From assembly GCF_026210795.1 (NCBI RefSeq), contig NC_089432.1, positions 4,216,001 to 4,280,000 of the forward strand: a DNA stretch of 64,000 nucleotides, given 5' to 3'. Position 1 is the stretch's first letter. Every line of letters starts with the position of its first letter. Below are positions 12,700 to 25,242 of this stretch, piece after piece. The stretch is from Rhizophagus irregularis (Eukaryota). The notes beneath the pieces are model-generated. The model worked only from the letters and a program-made list of their open reading frames with translations, ran no database searches and was not told where the DNA came from. Made by a program: the position numbers and the translations under genes.

Positions 12700-15573
12700 C
12701 ATTATTATATGTTTATCAGTTTATCACCATGCGGGTCTTATTTTCATATTTCGTTTCATAATAAAATGATATTGTAATGCCGAAAATTACCTAGTGAATT
12801 TATTAATTGTGAGGCTTGTGAGGCGCAGTATTATATTTAGTTTAAGTGTAAAGTATTATAATTTTAAAGTGTTACAAATGACATAACTCCGGGAACATGA
12901 GTCCCGAGTGTAATAAATGACGTATTTAACTCCTAGAACAAGAGTATAAACTGTACCATATGTGATGTGTAGTATTACATAGTTATTTTTATTATTTTAT
13001 TTTTAGATTTTATTATTTGAGAAAATTAGTTTGAAGATCAATTTATAACAATTTTTGAATATTGAAATGAAATCAATTAAATTATATTTTCGACGGAAAA
13101 GTAATGTTAAAGAGTAATTATTATTAGCTGTTAGGGGTAAAATTTAATGTTTTCGAAAATGGAAAAGTTTTATTAGAAAGTGGTGGAAAATTATATATTG
13201 AAATATATGAATTTGAAAACAAAAACAGAAAATATTTTACTGATTTTAGAAATTTATAAAAAGGGGTGATGAATTCAGGATCTACAATTTGTTTAGTATT
13301 GCATTAGAACAAAGCATTATATATATATTTTTATATTATTATTAAATAAAGTATTATTTGACCTTACAATATACAGCTTAGTTATTTCAATACTGGGCCA
13401 CATGTTACGAAGTGAGTTGATATTATCATTTTTTATATTATGGTAAAATTATGACACTACAAAATCTCGCAATCTCTAATTATTATTTTTTTTTTAAAAA
13501 AAGAGGTAAAAAATCTCTAATTATAAATTTTGTGTTACAATAATTTTAAGGGGTTATAAAAATTAATCTAAAAAAATTAAACCTGATTTTGGTAAATCAT
13601 GACATTTATATTTCTATTTAATAATTAATTACATTACAGCCGGTAAGTTACAATATATATATTTATTTGTTTAACATTTTATATAGCTCAAGTAATTATA
13701 TCTTTTATATAATAACTAGATTGTAAGTGATATACTTAATTTACAGTAAATACTTTTGTATTATATCAATCTAACTAACTAATAATTAATAATACTACAG
13801 TGTGTAAGTCATATGTTATCAACATTTCTATTATTTACGTAAATTGAGCTAACAAAATTCTATTTACAAAATTATTGGGTAATTTCTTTTAGTTGGTAAT
13901 TATATTAATTATATTATTACAAATTTATATATTATTAACATAATTTAAACTAACCAAATTCTTTATTTGAAAATTTATTTTGTGAAGCAATATTTTACAA
14001 ATAATATAAACTTTAAAAATTATTTAATAATATAGTTTGTAAGTTATTTATTTAATTCTATTATTATTACAATATTTATATATAATATTTGCAATCACTA
14101 AATTCTTTATTTCAAAACCATTTAATAATACAGATTGTAAGTTTGTTTATTTAATTCAATTGTTACATATTTATGTAATATTTGCATATAATTAAAATAA
14201 AAATATTAATATTATTAAAAAAAATCAGGTTTGAAAAAAAAAATTAAAAATATTAATATTAAGTCAACCTTATGCTGCGGTCGATTGCATCATTCCAAAA
14301 GGATGGAAAAAAAATGTGATTAATAAGAAAAAACCAAAACTTTTTTTGATAAAATAACACTAAATTTTCTGTTTAATAGAATTTGCTTGGAGTTGAAAAA
14401 TGACAAATTCTTTAATTTCACATAAAAAATTGCAAAAAAAAAAAAAAAATACTTGAAACAAAATCAGAAATTGGAAAATTTTCATCTTAGTCAAAGAATG
14501 AAATTAGTGAATTTACTCATCAATCTAAAGAAGAAATTTTAAAGGTGACAAATTCTATAGGATCTTTAGTGGATATTTTTGACTTAATTCATTATTGTAA
14601 GTAAAAATTTCATTATAATACTGTATATAGCTGATATTATTTAAATCTCAACAATAACAATAATTGTTATTTTAATAGTATTTATCACAATTAAGAGAAG
14701 TTGGATATTTTTGACTACAGTATTACTATTGTTGGAATAGTAATAAGTAATATTTGTATTAGGTAATGATTAAAGTAAAATTTAATACAATAATTTTTAA
14801 ACAAACTTGTAATTTATATATATGGATATGAAATCTTTACGCATTTTATTTCTATGGTATGTTAATACTAAAGAGTACAACGTTTTTAATACCGTATATA
14901 TAGCATTATTAACGTTAATATTTATAATCCATAGGAATTATATTGTCTCAATACTTCTACATTCAGTAAAATTTTGCTTCAATGAGAAAATATATAGTGA
15001 TTTGTATTCATATGTATGAGAAATAAAAGAATGCATAATGAATAAAATAAAAAATTGTCACAAGATAGTGATCGATTATAAGGTGTCTATTGATAACTTG
15101 TAACTTAAAAGTTTACATGTACAATGTGTACATACAGAGGGATAAATTATGGTCCTATCATAATTTAGCTCCACATTGCCACATTTTTGGTGCTTAGCCT
15201 TATGTTTGTTCAATAATGTAATTGTGGCGCAAGTACGAAATTTTGCTTACTCTATATAATTTATGGATTATTTTTTATAAAAGATCAAAATTAGAAAAGA
15301 TAATTAATAAATAGTATTAAGAAAGTAGCTGAACTAAGATATTAAAGTATCTTTGTTCTTACTATATTTACTAACATGTTTCAATGTTTTATTCTTCCTT
15401 CATTAGATAAATCTCAACCAATTAATAAATACATAAAGTATTTCATTTCTTACAAACTTCATTTTTTTTTTTACTTCATGGTTTTATTTTTACTTGGTTT
15501 CCTATCATTACTATCTTTTACTACCCAACCTCCTATAATGATCATTTTTATTTTTTGTCTCTAATCATTTTTC

Positions 15574-17055
15574 ACCTCCTATTACTTCTCATTATTCCAT
15601 ACTTTTCGTCTCCCATTATTTTCTATCACATCTTTTCATTTTCCATTAACTCTTTTCTCTCCTGTTTGCTTCCCATCATTTCATTTTGTCTCTCATCGCT
15701 TCTTTTCATCTCCCATCACTCCTTCATCTTCCTATCACTTCTTTTTGTCTCCCATCACTCCTTTTCGTCTCCCATCACTCTTCTTCATCTTCTCATCATT
15801 TCTTTTCGTCTCTCATCACTCCTTTTCATCTTCTCATCACTCCTTTTTCGCTTCCCATCACTCCTTTTCGCCTCCCATCACTCCTCTTCATCTTCACATC
15901 ACTTCTTTTCGTCTCCCAGCCATCACTTCTTTTCGTCTCTCATCACTCCTTTTCATCTTCCAATCACTCCTTTTTCGCCTCCCATCACTCCTCTTCATCT
16001 TCTCATCACTCCTTTTCGTCTCCCATCACTCCTCTTCATCTTCTCATCACTCCTTTTCGTCTCTCATCACTCCTCTTCATCTTCCTATCGCTCCTTTTCG
16101 TCTCCCATCACTCCTCTTCATCTTCCTATCACTTTTTTTCTTTTCCTATCACTTCTTTTCGTTTCCCATCACTCCTCTTCATCTTCCCATTACACCTTTT
16201 CTTCTCCCATCATTTCTCTTCATCTTCCATTACTCCTCTTCATCTTCCCATTATTCCCTTCATCTTCCGTTTCGTCTCCCATCACTTCTTTTCTTCTCCC
16301 ATCGCTCCTTTTCATCTTCTATTACTTTCCACTACTCCATTGTTATTTCATTTTTTATTAGCATCTTCTTCTTGATCATTGTAATTTACTTATCTTTCTA
16401 TTTATTGCTATGTTTCTTTTATTTGTATCACTTCATTAAAATACAGTGATTTTTTCTTTAAAATCGTAAATGTGTGACTTAAATATTAATATTTGCAAAT
16501 AAAATTTCATTAGATAAGATTATTTTTAATAAATATGTTTGCAAAAAATTTTTTTTAAATTTAGCCGATCAAAAATTGGCTAAATTAAAAATTTACTCTA
16601 AGAGTAAATTTTACTGTATATTGGGGGTCTTCACAAAAAACGTGATTGAGATTGAGATTGAGATTTCATATAGAATTTTCAATCTTAATATGTTAGTAAG
16701 ATTGAAATTCTATACTAAATTTCAATCTCAATCTCAATCACGTTTTTTGTGAAGTCCCCCATTGTATTGTACATCATGTGACATATTTGAAAAAACCCCC
16801 TAGGCGACGTTTAGAAATTCACTTTTACCATTTCAACTTATAATAAACCGAAAACTGCCATTTCTCTATAATTAATTTACTCATTATAATTTATTCATTT
16901 TATTTAAGATAAAGCTAGATCTAAAAAATTTATTTATTTTAACGAAGCTTATTTATAAAGGAGAGATCAACAATTTGTATATTTATAAATACAATAACTT
17001 TTACTTAAAAGATCTTTTAAAAGCATGTCAAGCTCCCCCATGAAAAAAACCTCTT
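15574..17055. repeat. Dispersed repeat copy 2, with an expanded CT-rich minisatellite (~15680-16320)
   Basis: Homologous to 1255-2805, with a longer array. The three overlapping + ORFs are low-complexity artefacts. Confidence 0.8.
16623..16760. mobile_element. Fold-back MITE (PIF/Harbinger-Tourist-like)
   Basis: Almost fully palindromic: GGGGGTCTTCACAAAAAACGTGATTGAGATTGAG...CTCAATCTCAATCACGTTTTTTGTGAAGTCCCCC. 3-bp TSD ATT; absent from the paralogous site near 1950. Confidence 0.8.
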
Positions 17056-17366
17056 GTTGTATAAACACGAAAAAAAAAAAATTAGAAATTTCCGCATGTA
17101 TTTGATTATATCAACAACCTAAATAGGATTATAGCAATAAGGATATATTTAAAATATCCGAATATTCAACTTTAGTAACTTTAGTAAAATGTAAAATTTT
17201 CATTAATGAAATATATGAACTTGGGTCTGCTGCTACTGACAATTTTTATAACAGAGAAATATGTGATAAATTGAAGACTTCTTTATTATGTTAAATGTTA
17301 CAACAGGGTATTAGGTCACGATAATATTAAATATTTGATAGTTAATATTTGAAAAGATATAATATA

Positions 17367-17514
17367 CTAGGAAACGGGAACCCGGAGCGAAAAACTAAAA
17401 TTTGTGATTTCATTGGGTAAAGATCACGTGGCGGACAGAGAAATTCACGTGATCGATTTTTTTTCATAGTGCGTAGACATACTGTATATTGTCCTTCGCT
17501 TCGCTCCGGACAAT
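17367..17514 (-). mobile_element. Short non-autonomous Helitron-like element, copy 1
   Basis: ~150-bp repeat shared with 21450-21600. Ends in CTAG with a small hairpin just inside; hairpin ATTGTCC...GGACAAT at the other end; no TSD seen. Confidence 0.5.
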
Positions 17515-17592
17515 AAAATATATGACAAATAAAAAAATTTTTTTTTTTAGCTAAATAACATAATAATTTAATGAATAATAATAAAACAATTT

Positions 17593-19944
17593 TCAGAGCT
17601 TATATTCATTACGAAATCTAATTGCAGCTTCGTAACCATTATAAACAGCTAATTCAATATAATTCTTGGCTTTTTCTATATTTTTTTTACATCCAACACC
17701 ATTATAATACATATTTCCAATGTTGTACATTGCTACTTTAACACCATCTTCAGCAGCTTTTTCATAATATTTAAGAGCTTCGGAAACATCTTGTTCAACA
17801 CCATTGCCATAACACAAACAATCTTCATATCTTACTTTTACTTCAGGGAATTCATTTGCTTCATCATCAGCAACTTCCTTATATAATTCAGCAATAATTT
17901 TATCTTTATTTGGAGGGCTCGGAACCAACCCTCTCGAAATGTAAAGTGCTTTATAATATTTTGCTTTGATTTGATTACGGTTTGCTGTACCTCCTGTATT
18001 ACCAAGGTTTGCATAAGCTTCAAAACATTTATATGCAGTTTTTACATATCCAACTAGTTTACCATGTTTATCATATAACTTATGTTGTTTTGTTGCATCA
18101 GTGAGTGTCATATATTTAAATGATTCAAGATCTGGAAGGGCGTATGCATCAATGTTGTCTGCTCGTTTTGGACGAGACTTTTGCATGGAGTTGTTTCTGC
18201 TGTTTCCTCTTAGGTTTGGGCCACTAGAACTTGATGTAACTTGTGAATATTTCTTGAAGCAATTATTAAGAACTTCAAATATTTTCGAGATTTTTGGCCT
18301 AAAATCTGGATCATGATGAACGGCTAAAAAATATGTAAAAAAAAAGAAACCAATTAATTACAACAAATAAAATTGTAATTTAAAATATTTTCTTTTACAT
18401 ACCTTCAATTTCTAATTGTTTGAATTCCTCTGGCATTTGACTTTATTCAGAAAATGGTTCTCTGTACGTTTTATTACGCACCTCATCAGTTATATCTAAA
18501 ATATTATTATTATCCTGATATGGAACTCTTTCTTCAGCAATTTCCCAAAGTAAGATTCCAAAACTATAAACCTCACATCTTTGATCATATTCATAATTTG
18601 CCCTCTCTAACAATTCAGGTGCGCGATAACGAATTTGGTCTAAGTTTTGGTTTGGAAGATATATAACGGAACGAATTAATTTGAAATTTGCAAGTTTTGC
18701 TGTCTCATTAAGTGTAATTAATATGTTTTCAGCTCTAATATCTCGATGAAAAATCTAAAAAAAAAACAATTAAAAAAATTTCGTTAATTAAATAAAAGCT
18801 GGTTAGTAAATATATTTACCTCTACAGTTCTTAAAAAATTTAATCCACGAGCAATATCAAGGGATATACGTAATTTTAATTTAAGGTCGAAATCATTTTT
18901 ATTTTGATAAAATTCACGCAAGTTTCCATGTTCAGCCCATTCAGTTACCAAATACCATTGATTTCCATCAGAAATTATTCCATAGAATTTTATGATGTTT
19001 TGCCAATCATGAAGTTCTTTAAGAATTGTAACTTTATTTTGTACAATCATATAGTTTTCTCCCTCAGAGAAAGTTTTAAAAGCAAATACTTCACCTTTGT
19101 TTGTTGTTTTATGCCATTTATTTACACGTCTATAGTATTTACGTGTTTGCTCATTAATCATTATCATCACTTTCATAATCAGAAAATTTTAGTGGATGTA
19201 TCTGAAAGATATTATCAATTTTTGTTTGATTTTGAGAAGTTTCATTCATAAATTTTTCCATTGTATTATTCATTACATTAACTTTTACAACAGTTGAAAA
19301 AAACTTTTCACTTAAGTCTGCGAAGCAGTCGTTATCATTAATATCAGCCACCATTCCTAGTATATACTATAATTATTAAAATAATTTAAAATTAATTTTA
19401 TGTTCAATTAAAAGTATAATAAAACTCAATTTTTTTATAATCTTACTTTGATAAAATACCTTAAAGAGAAAAGTGTTGAGAAAATTTTTAAAGAATTATG
19501 TATGGAATTCGACAGTTGTATTAACTTATTGTCTTTTTCTATTAACGTTGAAATTGCTGATGAACTTGAACAATTAAAAACCGATCAAGATGATTTATTT
19601 AAAGTTTTCATTAGAGAGATTTCTGATATAAATTTTTTAATTTGCGTTATAATAGTAGATAATTCTTGTAAACGTATATAATTTATTTTATTAAAAAAAT
19701 CTTCTCTGTCTTTTCTTTTATCTCTAAGATCTCGTACGGCTAATTGTGCAACACGAACTCGATTTTTTAATATTTCACAAGTTCGTTTATTGTGTTCAGC
19801 AGCTTCTACTAATTCGATGATTTCGTTAAAAAAATTTCCAATTTCATTAATTAAAGGAAGAAATTTTGTAAGTGGAACAAACATGAAAGCACTATCTACT
19901 AAACTTTCAGTAAAACTATACTTTTTTGATCCATTATCTTCCAT
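17593..19944 (-). pseudogene. MLKL-N-terminal-like helical domain + TKL (pseudo)kinase + Sel1 repeats; disrupted
   Basis: N-terminus FLPLINEIGNFFNEIIELVEAAEHNKRTCEILKNRV; kinase motifs VFAFK, LVTEWAEHGNL, HRDIRAENIL, KLANFK, VYSFGILLWEI; Sel1 YGNGVEQDVSEALKYY. Lesions: inversion at 19450-19600, frameshift at ~19155, in-frame TAA at ~18454. Confidence 0.85.
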
Positions 19945-21449
19945 TTCTAATATTTATACTAATTTAATAAATAATTTAATCGAAAAAAAGAGATTTTTTA
20001 TTTCACAAAAACTACAAAACTCTAATTTATTTATTAATGTATATGCTGTGTTACCATTGTAAGGCATCACCTCGCGTGTTACGAATATTAATAGTGTTGG
20101 TTACACTGCATAAAGGGCGTGACATTTTATGCAAGTGACAAATAGAGATCAGGAATTTCTAAGTCGCTGAGATAAATATAAACAACGAGGCCGCCGCCAT
20201 CACGTGACCATGTGACAAAATCATCACCTGTACTACGCGAGGTGGTGTGGTAAATTTTACCCCATTGTAATCCAACTTTTTGTTGCTTTACTATCGAATT
20301 GTGTCGGGGTCACGTGATAGTAACAGTAAGTTTATCACGAAAATAAAGTGTATATGTTTAATTTTTAAAATATAAATTTATTCAAAATAAATAATAACTT
20401 AAAATAATGAAACAATACAAATAGATAAATACTAATTCATAAATCATAACAAAAAGATAAAATATTGCTGCCTCCACCGGCGATCTGAAATATTACCGAT
20501 AAAACTAATACTAAAAATTAATACTAAAATAAATCTCTTGAAGTCCCCCTTTCCTCAACGTTCACCCATTATATATATATTGTTCATATTTTCGGTATAA
20601 ATTATACTAGATATAAATTATACTTTGTATAAATTATATGAAATCTAAATTACACCAAGTATAAATTATACTGTTACGCCGCCGATCATTTAGATTACCT
20701 GCGAATTTCTTGATACACAATTATAATTATTTTTAAATAGTTTCGGTGTGGCGCAGTTCGGTCATCCTTCCTCGTAACAGTTGCGTTAGGAATCCAAATA
20801 CGATAATTTACAATGTATGGTTACAATAAAATATTTCTAATAATTTTGGATTCTATAATAGCACGTAAATGGGTATGTATACGTAATACGTTATCTTTTA
20901 TTAGATATTTTTCGTTACACTTATTACATTGAGATATCGATGTAAATGAATTCATGTTGCACAATTTGATGACCTTTATAAAATCAGGCCCAAGAAGGTC
21001 CTCACCAGCGCGGAAAAAAAGCCTGAAAAGTTTCGGACAAATTCCGGTAAAGCATAAAAATTCCGGATATTGGTTTTTTTAACCGGTATACATTGTCCGA
21101 AATTGAAAATTCTTTCCTGTTTTTTTTATAATCACAATAAATGATTATAATTTTGAACTGAACAAAGCAAACTATAAATTTTTAGGAAATCCGGATAGAT
21201 TTCCCACGCTCATCTGCATACATAGATAAATGCATATTATTTCTAAAATTGAGAACCAATCATAATTTTATATTCCATAAAAAAAAAACTAATTAACCCG
21301 ACAATTGCATCATTTTTCTTACACGACTATGTATGTACAGTAACTTTTTATGCCGGATGGCGCGATGAAATAGATAATCACGTAACTTTGAGAATATTAA
21401 ACGGATGTAGTAAGCGTTAAAATCAAATAATCTATTAGTTAAACAAAAA

Positions 21450-21600
21450 CTAGGAAACGGGAACCGTTGTAAGTCCAGCGAAAAACTAAAATTTGTGATT
21501 TCATTGGGTGACGATCACGTGGCGGACAGAGAAATTTACGTGATCGATTTTTTTTCATAGTGCGTAGACATATATTGTCCTTCGCTTCGTTCCGGACAAT
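21450..21600 (-). mobile_element. Short non-autonomous Helitron-like element, copy 2
   Basis: Near-identical to 17367-17514. Confidence 0.5.
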
Positions 21601-22950
21601 TATTCATAGACTATATTCTTTTAAATTTAAAGAACTAAAAGTAAGTATTAGAAATACGAAAAAACAATTTGCGTTAAAATCATTTTTTCTTGATACATCA
21701 CCGTAAAAGAATTGTTCGTGAGGTAATTCAATTTTTTTAATACATTATATTTATTTTAAAAATTTGAATTTTATTAGTTAAAAATTCGACGTGAGTCAGG
21801 TATTATCAAGTTATCTTAATAAATAAATATCATTAATATATTTTTTAAAAAATGATCACTCTCGATTCCACGCGACAATTATCAGCCTTTGTTATAATTA
21901 AGTTTCATCGTCTTACGTATTTTATTTTATCGCTATTAACAAAGAAAATATAACCATTTGAACACATAATAACTTCCATCATAACTTTGGAACAATATAA
22001 TCATCTTACTTTGGTTACCCATGCCCTAATCGCTCTTTCGCTTTCTTTGTTTGGAGAAGAGTATCTATAAAATTTTGACAGAAATTTTTTTTTCCAGACC
22101 AGTATCACGTGATCATTTAACTTTGGACGGATATTGTGCATTTTTACTACTTTTTTACTACTATCGAAATTCATTTTTTTTAATTTCCTTATCCAATGAC
22201 TTATAAATGAAAAGATGTGTTGTGTAAATTCTGCTGCCTAATATTTTCTCTAATGCGGAGTGAAGCTCACATTTCGCAACATCTCATTATATGGAATGTA
22301 TACGTTTTCATCAATCCAATTAATCCATACATTTGAATTACAGTAACTTTAGGTTCATTGTTAATAGACACTGAGTTACAGAAAAAAATTTTTATTGCGA
22401 AAGATTAATTTACTATTTACCATCCTTATATGATCATCCACGGGATATACCGTAGCACCTAGCTGTAAATATGGATTAATCATATGTTATTTATGATGAA
22501 TCATTTGATATGACATCATAAAAGATCACCAATCGGCAAATACTAAAAAAAAAGATGTACTTTTTTTGGTTTTTTTTTTTATATAACTCTTTTAAATTAT
22601 AATTTTAATTTTAATGAAAGAAAAAAATAATTTTCGATGACTTCATTTGTAAATATTATTAACGGTAAGTTTCGCAGGTTTTTTTTTTTTTTTGAGAAGT
22701 AAACTTTACATTAATAAATGCTATCATATATATTTTAGATATTTTAGACTTTCTTTTTTGGTATATATCACGATGCCAATACTGGAAAATTATATGCCTT
22801 GTAATAATAAGTGTTATAACATTATTTTTTTCAATTATATGGCTAATTAAAATTAATACAGCACATCATGATAATGTACGTAAAAAAAATATGAAATTTT
22901 AATTATTGCAATATTGTTTAATTACTAATAGTGTCTTATTTTTTTCTTAG

Positions 22951-23180
22951 AAATGTGATAATGCAATTGAAAATCATGATAATGTGAATGAAAGATTAAG
23001 TATTATAGGGGGGAATTTTAATGTTATAGATAAAAGAATTGATGTTTTATTTAAACGAATAACTGTTATTGAAAAAAGAACAGATATGATGGATAACAAT
23101 ATTGATCTCCTACACAAAAGAATGGACATTATTAAAAAGAGAATGGAAAGAGTTAATGAAAAAATTATTAATCTTATTGT
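22951..23180 (+). CDS. Probable exon of a small coiled-coil protein
   Basis: Heptad-periodic ORF (IDKRIDVLFKRITVIEKRTDMMDNNIDLLHKRMD) bounded by TTAG and GTAAGT; gene model incomplete. Confidence 0.4.
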
Positions 23181-25242
23181 AAGTATTAAAAGTTCTTTAT
23201 CTACTATGCATTATTTTATTTATGATTAAAAATATTTTTATAATAGAATTATAGCAATTGATAAATCCCCATTATTTGTTGTTTGGAATTTTATAAGCAT
23301 TCAAAGAATCTTAGATGATGCATTAATTGAGCTAATTTTGTACTTTCATGTAAACCTCTTAATCAACTATTATCTTATCCTTATTTTCCTGTAACTTCAA
23401 TTATATTATTTTGAAATTCTATACTTTCTTTAATTCTTCATGGTTGGTGACAACTTGTAATAATAATAGATTATACTAAAAGTCAATAATCAAATTAACA
23501 GTTAATGAAATTCAAAAAGCATCAATATTTGACAATCATAATTCAATACAATAATATAAATGTTTTTCATCAAAGTTTGTAATTTATAAGGTTCACGTTA
23601 TTGTCTTAAACATAATAATTTTTTTGTTCAATTATTTTAATTCGTATTTTGTTTTAATTTTTAGTTTAGGTTTTATTTTCATCAATGATTTGTTATATAT
23701 ATATATACAGTATATATTTTTAGTAAAATTATGGATTATAGATTTTACATAAATTTCATTTTCAATGATTTTAACAGACAAAAATTAAAATTAAAGTTAT
23801 AATTGATTAAAGTAACACAATTATATTTTAAAAAAATTTTAATTGTTCCGCGTTGCAAAATAGTATGACTACTATTCTACGATAAAAAAAAATTGAAATA
23901 CAATAATATTTAATAATGTTGTTTTTTCTGGTGACACGTCTTGTAATAGGAAATAAGGAACATATTACAAAAAGCGAACAACGAAGAATTTTACATATAT
24001 CCTCTCTATCTACATATACTATGTTATTATCTAGCATTATGGCACTATCTATGTCCACCACAATACATGAATGAAAAATTACAAAGAAATCACTAAACAG
24101 TTTGCGCCTAACTATCTAATAAATTTACTAAAACTAACGTGTTACTAAAATTAATTTTTGTATAAATTTTTTATGTAAATTATTTATCCTATCTAAATTA
24201 AAGAACTTACCGAAATCTTTTGATCCCCTTCTTTTTTATACTGATCTCGAAAATTATCCTGAAATTTATAGGAACGCTCTGTCATCTTGATTCTAAACTT
24301 GGATGCACGTCGGTGGCGGGTATTGAAGAAGTAACATATAAGTGTAACGTAAGATTTTACATATTACATGGGGTATGGGCTTATAATAAATGGATATTAC
24401 GTAATAAATGTCACTGCCCTAAGCAATCTTTTCCAAAAGCTCATTTGGCGTTTTAGCCAGTAATTCACATGCAGAAATTCTATGAAGAAGTGAAACAATA
24501 ATTGTTTATTAATAACAAAAATTTTTTAATATTTTTCAAAAAGAATCTTGAATCCAATCATTGGAACATGCTTTTAGCTTCTCAAATACTGGAGAATTCT
24601 GTTCTCTAATTCAAGTATAATATGACAAATGCAGTAATTCGAAAATTAAGCAATACTATCCGACTGCATCAGATTTGGCAATGAATGAATAATGAGTATT
24701 TATATTCATGTGATTAACATTATTGGGCATATGGCAAGTTGCAAACTAAATCTGGAGTATTGATTGGCTGATTGACTCCGCATGATTTGTTTATTTCGCA
24801 TGTGATAAAATGTGGAATATGTTTATCGAATTATCGCAGATATTCATCGGCAAATTTTTTAAAGCAAAATCTGCAAAATGTGATTTTATTACGTTATTTA
24901 TAACTTTTTTATATTATATTATTTTGAAACTTTAACTACGAATACATTTGCCATTATAAATCATATATATTTTTGAATAATAAATTTATTACGAAAAAAA
25001 AAAATTGAAGCAGAATTTTATTTATCATTATTATATTGGTGACAAATAAAGTCTGGGAAAAATTGAATCTATAAATAAAATCAATCTGAAAGCTATTATC
25101 ATTTAGTAATAATAAGTATAATATAATATTTAAATTTTATTAATTTTTAAACAGTTATACTAAAAAAAATACAGTTATGAACCTAAAAAAAAAAAATTTA
25201 AGTGGAATTTTTTTTATTGTCTTACTCCTTACCAAACTCATG

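Noticed and set aside
12840..15100. Possible decayed transposon or multi-exon gene
   Set aside because: Extremely AT-rich; no supportable ORF or termini.
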